Source of the DNA: Bilabrum cf. latius
Lineage: Eukaryota
Direction: 5' to 3'
Assembly (NCBI GenBank): GCA_965178125.1
Contig: OZ237736.1
Coordinates: forward strand, 1,488,001-1,552,000
Length of the DNA stretch: 64,000 nucleotides
The position numbers were made by a program, and so were the translations under genes. The first letter of the stretch is position 1; every line of letters starts with the position of its first letter. The notes below the pieces were generated by a model that was not told where the DNA came from, made no database searches, and was given only the letters and a program-made list of their open reading frames with translations. Shown here in pieces: positions 34,919 to 46,400 of this stretch.

Positions 34919-37900
34919 ATGTCGGCTCGAGGTATGCGCCGCAGCACAGCGCAAGCTGTGGTAGATCGGGCTATCCAGCGAATCGAGGATCGGTCGGCCA
35001 GGATGCAGAAAGCTATGGTAAGCTCGATTTTCATGATTAAAAATTAACGCCCTCTCGACGGCTTCGTAACGTTAATAGGCTGCAACTAGCAAGTCCCTAG
35101 ACACCAAAGGTACGATCGGAGTATATGATCATGGCTCCAGCTTTGTTTCTGCGCTAAGGTTCGTGCCGCAGGACAAGGATGACCTCAAGAAGTCTCTCGA
35201 CCATGCTGCTGGAATCCTGTACGAATTGCGCACCTCAGAGCTTGGTCCAAGGGACTACTACTAGGTGTACATGGCTGCGTTTGGGCACATGCTGCAGCTG
35301 CAGATATTTTTTTAGCGTCAAGTATCCAAAGGATAGAGCGCCGCCGGGCTCTACACATCTGTGCAACACGCCGGTAACGTGCTGACAAGGCTGTGAGTTA
35401 CCCTACACCCGTGGTGCCCAACAAGCGCACCGGCTTGCGAGTTGGTAGTGCCTTGAGATATCGCCAGAGTGTCCTCCGTGGTGCTTGTCTGTTTCATCTT
35501 TCGAACTACAGGTACTTGATGGTTACAGCTGGTAGCGTGCTGATCCGCTCCGGCGAGGTCCCCGCCCACGAGGTGCTGCTGGATCTGCTGGAGCTTTGCA
35601 AGGGGGTGCAGCACCCCACCAGGGGACTCTTCCTCAGGTACTTTCTCGTGCAATCGCTCAAAGTGAGTGCATGGCTACTCGTTTTCCCCCAGTACTTGCT
35701 CCTGGCAGTGGCGCCCGAAACTTGCTGCCCGACGCACATGCCCGCCACCTGGCGCTATACTTGTTGCGGCGAACTTGATTCCACTCGTAACCCCCCTGCC
35801 GTACACCTTGCGCCCCGTGCCCCTGCAGGACAAGCTGCCCGAAAAGGACCGCCCTGACGACGCGCTGGCCTTCCTGGTGAAAGCGCTGCAGGAGACCAAC
35901 CACCTGTGGGTGCGCCTGCAGACCCAGAGCCCCGTCAAGTCGGTGCGGCAGCGCGAGAGCGACCGAAGGGACCTCCGCGTGCTCGTGGGGCAGGTCATCG
36001 ACTACATCGCCGCGCTCGAGGGCGTGGACCAGCGCTCGTACCGCAGTGCAGTGCTCCCAGCGGTGCTCAAGGAAGTGGTCGAGTGCAACGACAGGATCGC
36101 TCAGCTCTTCCTCATGGACGCGATCTTCAACGCGTTCCCCTTGCGCTGGCACGCCCAGACGCTCCCGCAGCTGCTGGAGACGATGGTGGGCCTTGTTCCC
36201 CGGGCGGACTGCAGGCTGCTCGTCAAGTCGCTGTGCTCGAGGCTGGCCGACGACTGCGACCTTCTCCGGGAGCCTGCCTCTGCCGGCCGCGTGGGCGGGC
36301 CCCGGGTCGATGTAGGGGGCGCCGCGTCGGGGGCGGGCTCTAGCAAGGGCGCGGGCGGCCTGGCGATGGTGGTGGCCGAGGATCAGGCGCCCGCGGAGCT
36401 GTGCGAAGACGTGTTCGGGCTGCTGTGCAGGGAGGTGGGCCGCATGATCGACGCGCGCGGGGAACACATGGGCGCGAGGGCAGTGGCGGAGTGCTACGAC
36501 TTCTTGGTGGGCCTGGCCCGGCGGGTGTACTGCAAGGAGGGAGACACGATCAGGGAGGAGGACGAGGGAGAAGAGGAGGAGGACAGGGATCTTGTTGGCG
36601 CTGCTGCTGCTGCTGCTGCTGCGGGGAGCGGTGGGGGTGGAGAGTCGAGGTACCGCAAGTGGCTGGGGCGCGCGGGGGCGCTGCTGCACGTGTGCGTGCC
36701 TCGCCTCGCTGCGGTGGGGCGCGAGATGGACTTCGCGGCGGTGGCAGCCACCCGCCAGCTGCTGAGCGCGATGGTCGCGCAGGCCCGCGGCCTGGGGGCG
36801 GGTGCCCTCGTGGCTGTCCTGAGGCTGAGGGGCCTGCGTGACATCCACCGCGCCCTCCCCCATAACGCCCGGCGCACGGTGTCACAGGACATTCTCATGG
36901 CACTGTTGCGCACCCGCGCGCCCATCAAGGGGGTGGCCACCGCCAGGGACGTGCTGAACGCGCTGGCTCCGTGCCTGAGAGACGAGCCCGATGGGCCGCT
37001 GGGTGTGTCCAGGGGCGGCCGCAGGGCCGGTGGCATGCGGCTGGACGAGGACAGCGGGGACGATCTCGGCTTCGAGCAGCGCCGCGTGGCTGCCCTGCTG
37101 CATCAGCTGGGCAAGGGTCAGGACGAGAGCAGCCCCAGGGAGGTGTACGACGTGCTGCGGGTGGCGAGGGAGGCCCTGGGTCAGGGGGGGCAGAAGAGGC
37201 TGAGCTACACGCTCCCCGCGCTGGTCGTCAGGGCGCTCCGGCTAGCGCAGAGCCTGGGGGCTGTCAAGAAAGGGGGCGAGGCGGATGATGGCGGTGAAGA
37301 CGGGGGTGAGGGTGCGAATGATGGGCTGAGCGGAGGCTAGGGCGGCATCACGCGGGCGGAGGTGTTCAAGTTCTGCTTTTAGACGTGCACCACGCTGGCG
37401 TCTGCAGGGGCCGCACCGGAGCGCGCGCTGCGGCTGCTGCTGGAGAGCGCGCTGGTGGCGCAGGGGGACTCGTTCGCGCACGAGTGCGTGCGGCGCGCTC
37501 TGCTCGTGTTCGAGGACGTGGCCTCGAGCAGGGCCGAGCCCAGGTGCCTGACCGCCGTCATCGCCACGCTTGGCCGGCTGGGTCCCAGCGGCGTGGGCGG
37601 GAGCAAGGCGTACCTTGACCTGGCCACTCGCTGCACCAAGACCACCACCAAGCTGCTGACCGAGGTGGACCGGGCCCGCTGTTCCCTGGCCGCTGCCAAG
37701 CTGTTCTGGGTGGGTCCCGACGGCTCCCGCACGATCACCGCGCCTGCGGGCGAGGGCAAGTCTGCTCCGGAGAAGGAGGAGGAGGAGGAGGGCGGCGTCA
37801 GGAACGGAGCGCTGCTGCTCCGCTGCCTGCAGCACGCCCTGGGTCAGGCCGAGGCGCAGGAGGAGGAGCCCTCGGCCGCCCTCTTCGTGGAAATCGCGGA

Positions 37901-38627
37901 TGCGTACGGCCACCACCTGGCCGCGGGCGTGCCCGAGGTGGTGCCCGACCACGTGACCATGCTGCTCAAGCACTGCGCGATGCTGTGCGCCTCGCAGCAG
38001 CTCAGCAGTGCGGATGGGTACATGGACCAGGGCCAGGAGGCTGCCGTGGACGGGGCGGCGGGACGGGCGCACCTGGACAGGCTGCAAGAGCACCTGACCG
38101 TGTGCCTGACGGGCGGCGGGGAGCGGGCGGCGCGGTGTGCGGGCGTGGACGTGTCGGCGGCGGACGAGCCCTCGAGGGAGGAGCTGGCCGAGACTCTGGG
38201 CCTGGACGCGGCGGTGGCCGCGCTTGAAGACGCGGGGCCGGGGCCGGGGCCGGAGAGCGAGGATGAGGATGAGAGACGGGATGCGCCTGCTGGTGGGGGG
38301 CAGGAGGCGAGAGGAGGCGCGAGCAGCAGCTCCCCGGCGGTGCCTTCGGATGCCGTGGAGGATCAGCCTCCGCCGCCGCCGAGCGGCCCGCGGCCTGCTG
38401 CAGCCGGGCGTGCCGGCGACAGCGCCAAAGAGACGCCGCAGGACGATGCCTCTGCTAGCCCAGTATCAGCCGCGGAAGAATCCAGTAAGGCAAGCGACGC
38501 TGCAGACTCGAGCGGCGAAGTAGGTGACGGCGCTGCTGGAGGCGACGCTGGTGCCGGTGGTGGTGACGACTGGGGGGACCTGGGCGGAGATGAGGGAAAC
38601 CCGTTCGGCGACGAAGATGGGCTGTGA
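34919..38627 (+). CDS. VPS35: Vacuolar protein sorting 35 (retromer subunit), divergent, 4 exons
   Basis: ELRTSELGPRDYY, LYTSVQHAGNVLTRLYLMVTAG, CKGVQHPTRGLFLRYFL, RRDLRVLVG, LSYTLPAL. Introns 35018-35171, 35393-35511 and 35663-35828; TAGs at 35262, 35313, 35334, 37338 and 37380; ends TGA. Confidence 0.92.
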
Positions 38628-38836
38628 TGAAGCAATCCAATGGTTATGTTCTCGGCGGCTTTTACTTTTACGCATGCGCCACAAAATGTACACAAAGCTT
38701 TCGCAGCAACCTGCCCGTTCGGAGCGTAGCGAAAATAGAAAGCAATCATTTGAGATAGAACGATAGGCACTTCTCAAGCGTGCGGAGCGCAAGCAGTTAC
38801 CGCAGGCAATGGGAGCTCGGCGGTTTGTGAGCCCAA

Positions 38837-41800
38837 TCAAGACTGGAGCTCAGCCGCCAGCTTCCTCCGAGCCCTCAAGTTGAGTCCGATCGCCCCACGC
38901 CACTGGACGAGATACTGCACTCTTCGGTCCCGCAGGTAGTGCCTCTTCGCGCACCAGAACTGCATGGTACGCACGCAGCGAAGATACCGTTCCTTGTCGC
39001 ACTCGCGCGCCGAGCGGAGAATGGCCTCCACCTGCCGCCGCTCCCCGCGCTCCCCGACCCCTGCCCAGATCCAAGCGGGCTGCACCTCCGCACTGGGCGC
39101 CGCTTCCGTGCCTGCCGATCCCACGGGGGCCTTGGGCCTGCCAGGATCCTCGCCCTGCTTGTCAGCTCCGTAGAATGCCTGCAGTGCCAGCGCCAGCCAG
39201 CTCTGGCACACCGGGTGCTCCTCCTCGACGGGCCCTCCGCACCGAGGCACGCCAGCCAGCACGAAGCTGTGCTGGTCCATGCCCATGGCCTGCAGAGTCA
39301 CCCCGCCGGCCGTGGCGAGGCCCGTGCCCCCGAGGTCCTCCAGGGTCATGCTCCCCTCGGGGGCATTCTCCTCGGGGTCCGATCCCTCCACAGCGGGGGC
39401 GGGTGCCTTCTCCTCTAGCAGCTGCAGCGACTTTTGCAGCCGGCGGAACACGAGCCCCGCGGGTGTCGAATCGAAGGTCATGCCATCCGCAGCGCACAGG
39501 GAGCGGAACCCTTCTCCTTCTCCTTCTTCTTCCTCCTGCTCTCCGCCGGTACTAGCCACTGCTATCGGCTGCGCGCCCCAACCGGGCGCACTCCCAGCCT
39601 GCGCCTGCCCTTCTTCCTCTCCGTCCTCGCCCGCCTTGCGGTCTTTCGCGTCGGCCAGTCGCCCGAACGCAGCCCTGGGGCTGGCTCCGCGCATGAGCAG
39701 CAGCAGCACCATGTCCAGCGCAGTGTTCGGGTCGTTGTCAAACTTTTCGGCTGCCTGCAGCAGCGCAACTTTCGGGGGCATGGATCGCCCATAGCCCCCC
39801 GGCATGCAGGTGGCCTAGTTGGGCCGAGCACCCGCTGAGAGGAGCGCAGCCACAAAGTTCAGGTCGCTGGCGTGCTCAGCGGCGGCTGGGAGCGCGTGCG
39901 TTGCGGCGCTGGCCAGACCCGGCCCGTTGGGAATCTCAGTGAGCATGGTGAAGAACGGGTTCATCTGCGCATCCTTGGCGTCGCGCGCCTCCCCTGCCGC
40001 ATCCCCCGTCACGTCAACGCCAGCATAAAAGTCCTCCTCCTCCTCGTCGCCCTCGCCCCCTTCATGTACCGCCACGCGCTCCTCGGGCCGCACCCTGTGC
40101 TCCACGCCGCGGTCCCGCGAGGGAACACAGTCCAAGGGCACCGGATCGCCGCCGTACTGCTGCACCGCGTAGGTCAGTGGGTAGCGCGTGTCTCTCCACG
40201 CTGCGGCGAGCATGGCGGTTGCGGGGCACGACACGCTGTCAGCCAGCATGTACTGCCCGCCAGCCGAGTCGCCCTCGCCCACCTCGCCAGTGAAATCGAA
40301 CCGAATCGAATACCCAGGTGCTGCGTCTCCCCCGGAACCGTCCTCCCCGGCTGCCGTCGTTGCGGTCGTGGTCTCGCCTTTCTCCTCCTTGCCCTCTCCG
40401 GCGGCCTCCCCGGGCTGGGCACTGTCCGCTTCCTCCTCGGCGCCCTCGATCTCGAACAGCCCATCGTCTTCCTCTTCCTCTTCCTCTTCCTCTTCCTCTT
40501 CCTCTTCCCCTGCGGGGTCACCAGACGAAGCTCCGCCAGCCCCGCTCGAGGGACCGACCGTGGCATCTCCCTTGGCGCCTGCTGCTTCCTTACCCTGCTG
40601 CTGGCCCTCCCTCTGCTCCTGCCCCTGCTCGACCCCCGCGCGCCGTGACTTCACCTCCTTGCCCATGGCAGACAGCAGGGCAGCGGCGATCCGCAGCCGA
40701 GCCGAGTCGGCCACGTCCACCGATGCCAGCGCGGCCTCCCTGGCCTGCAGCACGACCGGATCACTCTCGTCAAGCCCGCCCAGCACGTCCACCACGCCCG
40801 CCGTGGCAGCCATCGCATCGCCCACATTCACGCCTTGCTCGTCCCAGCCCAGCAGCGCGCCCAGTTCCTGCCTCCACTGCTGCAGGTCCCGCCTCTGCTG
40901 CTCGTGCAGGTCCCCGCCTCCGTGCTGCAGCGAGTCGAGCGCCTGCTACAGCACCAGGTCCAGCTGCGCGTCCATGCCCACCTCGATGCGGCCCTCCGCG
41001 CCCTCGGCCAGGTCTGCGTCAGCTTCAACGTCCGCATCACCAGCAGGCTTGGCGGGGTCTGCTGAAGCCCCTTCGGTACCGCCCTCTCCCTCCGGCGCCC
41101 TGCCGGATAGTATAGACCTGGCGTCCTCCACGAGCGCCTTCTCCCGCTGGCTGCGCTGCACCAGCTCCCTGAGGTGCATCGCCATGTTCTCCAGATGACT
41201 GGAATTCAGGGCGGCAGAGCCACGCCCTTTGCTCTGAGGTAGGCCCATCATGCCCCAGCTCGGCAGCTGCGACTGTGACTACCGCCCGCGACGAGCCCCT
41301 ACTCTGCGACTCACGCCGACCTTTGCCACGGGCCGCAGCTGGCCGTCCACCACCTGCAGTGAATCGACCTGGTAGTCCAGCTCGATACAGTTCTCCTCCA
41401 GAGCAATGTCCTGCTCCTGCTTGCACTTGTCCAGGGCCGCGCGGTTTGGCGCCATTACGACCAGCTGCGTCCCGTTCTGCCGCAGCAGGGTGGCCATCAG
41501 GGAGGGCCCCGTGGCCGCGGCATCTCCTCCTCCCGCCCCTGCCTCCTCCTCCTCCTTGGCCTCCTCCCCTTGTCCGGCCTGCTCCTCATCGCCCGTCTCC
41601 ACCTTGGGAGCGCCCTCCAGCCTGCGCCGCAGCAGTGCAGCGCGCACCCGACCGGCAAGCTCCAGCACCTCTCTGGCCGCCTCCTCCGCCTGGCCCTGCA
41701 GCTGCAGGGCCTGCGCCTTGGAGGGCACATTGCGGTAACCCCACATGCGGTACCCGCCCCCATCGTTTGCCATGGTGCCTGTGGACAGCTGCAGGGGCCG

Positions 41801-43150
41801 CTCGGAGGGGATGGGCGCGGCCCGTGCAGGGTTGAGCCACTGGATGCCTCTCGCGTGCGCCTCCCTGCGGACGAGTGCGAGGTGCTCCGCGTCCGAGCGG
41901 CGCTGTTCCCTGGCCGCGTGTCGGATGAGCGCGTTTGCAACCACGTTGTGCTTGGACTCGATGGCGTAGTGCAAGGGGTGCGCCCCCACGGAGTTCCTCG
42001 ATGCCGCCATGGAGCCGCTGGCCTGCGCGATGAGAGAGAGGCACTGCTCCGTCATGCCCTCGTCTGGTCTGCCGCCCCAGCCTGCCCGCTTGCTCAGGGC
42101 AGAATACTTGTGCAGGACTGTGCCCTTGTGGGAGCTGGGCGCCACGCCCACCATCTCGGCCAGCGTGACCAGCTGCTCCTGCCGCTTGCGCACGACCGTC
42201 CGAAGCATGCCGGCCATGCGGTAGTCTCCCGGGGCATACCTCCGAAGCACGATGTCGTCCAGCTGGCACATGGCCGCCTCCTTGTGTAGGCTCTTGGCCA
42301 GCCGCAGCTGCTTCTTCCGCATGCCCAGCCTGCTCCTGGAGCTGGCCTCGAAGGCTGCCTTGATGGCGGAGGTGCCCCTGAGCGTGACCTGGTGCACGAG
42401 GGGCTGCCCGCGGGCGTCCTTCACGGTCACGTCCGCGCCCAGCTGCAGCAGAGTCTGCACGCAGGCGACCCGGTCCTGCTGCACGGCCAGGGCAAGCGCC
42501 GTTTCCGCGGTCCTCGGCATGACGCAGTCCACGTCGTACTTGAGGTGCAACACACAGTAGCGAGCGGCTGCCGAGCGGCCAAACGCGGCGCACACGTGCA
42601 GGAGGTTCGCCCGAGACTCGTGGGACTCGCCTTCATCGCGCTGCGCGTAGCCTCCGCGGTGGTAACGGCGGCGTGCGTACTGCTGGCGCACATGAAAGTC
42701 GGCGCTCTGCGACGGCACCTTGAAATCCTGGCACTCCTCCTCGAGCAGACGCCGGAGCTGCTGGTGGTCCCGCCCCACCGCGCACTGCAAATAAGGCTTC
42801 AATTTGCGAAGTGCTACAAGAAACCCTTCGTCCGAGAGCGTGGCGTCTTCAGCGAGTCGCCGGATCTCGGTCGGGCCGTGGATCGCGATGCCGGACGAAA
42901 ATATTTCCTTTAGTGCTGCCGGCGCCGTCGGATCAGCGATGATGTTCACTGCGCAGCGCGCAGCCATTGGCGTATCTATTTCATCGCGCATCGTGGCATC
43001 CTCCTATTCAGGCGGCCGCATGGGATGCTGCGACGGATCTACTTTGGGAAGGCCGTGTGGGGCGGCCGCCTCCACAGCCACGCCACCCAGGACTTTCCGC
43101 GGGGCCTTTCCCCCTGTGGCTTTTCGCGCAGTCTATTTTGTACGGGCCAT
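38837..43150 (-). CDS. Ankyrin-repeat protein (~1437 aa) with N-terminal histone H3 tail mimic
   Basis: ATG 43150 encodes MARTK[TAG][15 protein letters not shown]. The frame runs via TAGs at 43135, 43006, 41281, 40948 and 39817 to TGA 38839-38837. Ankyrin repeats NLLHVCAAFGR, ETALALAVQQDRVACVQTLLQLGADV, HPLHYAIESKHNVVANALI, VAALLSAGARPN; no histone fold. Confidence 0.85.
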
Positions 43151-43490
43151 ACCGCTGCAGAGATTGGCAAACGCGGAGATGGTAATCTGAGGGATGGCAG
43201 CATTCTCGAAAGGGCACGACAATAGCGAGCATACGGAGATCTATACATCGAGTTTGCCAATCAGCATGCTTGAACATGTGTTGTTCTGATATACACAGAC
43301 TCACATGCTCAATCCTTGCCGCGTCGTATGTAGCACTTGTGTTCTTGCACCCAAATCGAGTCCACTGCCGGTGGCAGTCTCAAACGTGCACGCTACTGAG
43401 GCCCGATTTGGGCCCGCGGCAGGGGACACGGCGTGGATACCACTCGCTCTAAAAGTGATTTGGAACTCTGGCGACGTGCGCGAGTCAGGA

Positions 43491-46400
43491 TCACGACCCC
43501 GTCCGGTGCTTGTCTCGCAAAGCCCTGCGCAGGCGCAGCACCTCCTGTTCCAACTCTTCTCTGCTCATCGCGCTGACGGGGACCTCCTACGAGTCCGGCA
43601 ATGTCACCGCCAACCCATTCGTCGAAGCCGAGCCAGGAGCACAACTCCCAGCACCAGTGCCCTTTGCATCATGGGCATCCTCGCTGACCTAGTACTACCC
43701 TCTGGTGCTGGCGGGTGCAGACGCCCGAGACGCGCGCCCCACGGGTGCCACAAGACGCCTCTGCTCCCTGCCCGCCCAGGCGATCCCCATCGGCTCGACA
43801 GACGGGAGAGACGGGGGCGCGACAGCCGCGTGCCCTGCTGCTGGCTGGCCACTGGCAGGACGCCAGTCTCCCCCTCCCTAGTCTCCTGCCGCTGCAACGT
43901 AATCATCGTCCTGTTCCTCTTCTCCTTCCTTTTCTTCCTCCTCTTCTTCTTCCTCTTCGTCCCGCTCATCGATGGAGTCGTACGTCGAGCTGATCCCCAC
44001 TTGTGCCGATGGCCCTCCAGATGCTGTGCTCCCCGACGAGCCGTTCGCCGCCCCTGCCTGCATCCCTGGCCCAGATCCACCGCCCCCTACCCTGCCCCCG
44101 ACTTCGTCGATGCTGCCATACCCCATCGCAGGCGCCACCACCGTCCCAGGGGCAGCCGATACCACACGGTCAGCGCACCCAGCACCAGTGGCCGCACCAT
44201 CCACGGCGGCTCGCTCACGCTCCCGCTGCAGATCGTAGGGGGCGGCACCGGTCTCACCGCGAAGATCCGCCGGGCTGCTCCGATCCCAGATGGCCCCATC
44301 ATCCCCGAGGAACTCGTTGCCGCTGCCACTGGCAAGGTGCGGGCCAGCGGCGCGTGCGGTGCCCCACTCCATGGATGGCACGCGGGACCCAGCACCGCCC
44401 CCCCATCCACCGCCCGAGCTGCCGGAGCCTCCCGACCCTCCCTGGTCTGTGCTGACGCTCCCTTGCCGAGCCTCTGGCGTGTCCAGCCGGAAGATGCTAG
44501 GCGGAAGCACGCCTGCTAATTCGCTGCCACCGCTGCCTGCACCTGCCGCGCCACTGGAAGAGACAGACGTGCCAACCGACGCGGCCGATTGCCCTCCAGA
44601 GGAACCCTCGCTGGGCCGCGCTACATCGCCACCCCCAGCAAGGACCTGCTACTAGTTCGACACGCGCACGTCTGGCTGCATCGTGTGCATGCGGGGAATC
44701 GATCCAAGAGCATGCGGGTTGCCAGCGCGAAGACCAGCTCTCCCGGCAGTCTCTCGCATGATGATGGCACCGCCCTGCACTGAGCCGGGTTGGTGCCGAC
44801 GAGGAGGGGTCTGACTCTCGCCAGGGGCGCTCTGTGCCCTCTGAGTGGAGCCAGGGGAGAGGCCGCCGGACGAGGCTCGCACGTGCTGTGCCTCTTCTCC
44901 CTCCCCTGCGGGTGCTCGGACCCGAGTGGGCTGCAACACCGCGGCGTGCACCTAGCTCCCTCCATCCTGTGCAGCAGCCGAGTCCGCTGTTCCGCTCGAC
45001 CCTCCGCCGCCAGGAGCCACGGGGGCTTGCCACGATGTTGAGCTGCTGTCCATCCGCTCCACTCGATCACGAGTTCCGGTGACATCAGCCCGCAGCTCGA
45101 GCGTCTCTTGGATGTGCACTAGCTGCCGCTCCAGCTCCCTCGCAGTTGGACGAACGAACGGATCCACGCTCAGGCACTGCCGCACGATGCGGATCAGGCT
45201 GGGTGGGACTCCTTCAGGCCAACCCGCTGCCGTCACCGCGTTCCGCATCCGCTCATTCAGCTCCTCCCGAACCTGGCCAGCCTTGCTGGGCGGACTTTGC
45301 TCCACCGCACCCGCACCCGCACCCGCACCCGCACCCGCACCCGCACCTGCACCCACATCCGCACCGGATGCCGCCCCTCCGCCAGCCGCCTCTTCGCCCC
45401 CCTGGCCCTCCGCTGCCGCTCCGGCCTCGTCCAGGTCGTGTCCCATCTCAAGGTAGACCCTCTCCCTGACTCGGTGCCTCTCGCTGCTGGCCCGCTTCAC
45501 GCTCCAAGCCACACGATGGCGCTGCTTCTGCTTGCCAGCAGCGATGCGCTGCCTGAAGTGCCAGTCGAACAGTGGCCGGCCACTCACCAATTCATACAGA
45601 GTCGCGCCCAGCGCAAACACGTCGCCCGGACGCCCGTAGTCCCCAGCCTCAAACTCAGGGGGAGCGTACAGAAGGTCGGTTAGCATCCCAGCAGTCACCG
45701 CCGTCTCCATGCCCACGCGCCCCACCCCAAAGTCCGTCAGCTTGGCCACGGGTCCGTGCCCGACGAGGATGTTCTCCAGCTTAAGGTCGCGGTGCAGCAC
45801 CCCCAGCCTGTCGTGCAGGTGGGCCAGCCCGCCGGCGGACTGTGCCGCGAGCATGACCCGCGTGGGAATGTCAGGGTCCTCCTTCTTGAGCCAGCTGGTC
45901 ATGGACCCGAGATCCACGAACTCCATGGCGATCTGTAATGGGTACCCCGGCTGCATGACCACTCCGTACACGTCCACGATGCTAGGGTGCCTCGCCTCCG
46001 CGATTTTTTCAAGGATCTTGAGCTCGTTCTCTAGCGCCAGCGCTTCACGCTGCATGTCCCCGCGAGCGGTCTTGACCGCCAGCCGGATCCCGGGCAGCTG
46101 CATGGTCCGCGACAGCCACACATCGCCAAATGCGCCCCCGCCCAGCCGCTTCACCTTGCGAATCAGAGTCGGGTCCAGACGCATGAACCGTGGCAGGGCA
46201 GCGGACGCTCCCCCCCCGGCGCCCTCCTGCGCCACGTCTTCTTCGCGGAAAATCTCCTCCGCCAGCTGCCCGAAGTTCTGACGAAACTCATCGCTGTCCA
46301 TTCGCTGCCTCAGCTGCCGCTGCACCTTCGCGGATGCCTTGGGAGAGGCCTCGGCCGCCTCGATCAGGTACTCGACTGCGCCACCACGGGCCGCCGCCGC

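Noticed and set aside
35300-35340. Apparent frameshift in VPS35 exon 2 at the T7 run
   Set aside because: It reads ATA TTT TTT TAG CGT in frame once TAG is Gln; no frameshift needed.
43094-43150. A canonical histone H3 gene
   Set aside because: Similarity ends after residue ~20; no KAARKSAP/KPHRYRPG or histone fold follows in the region.
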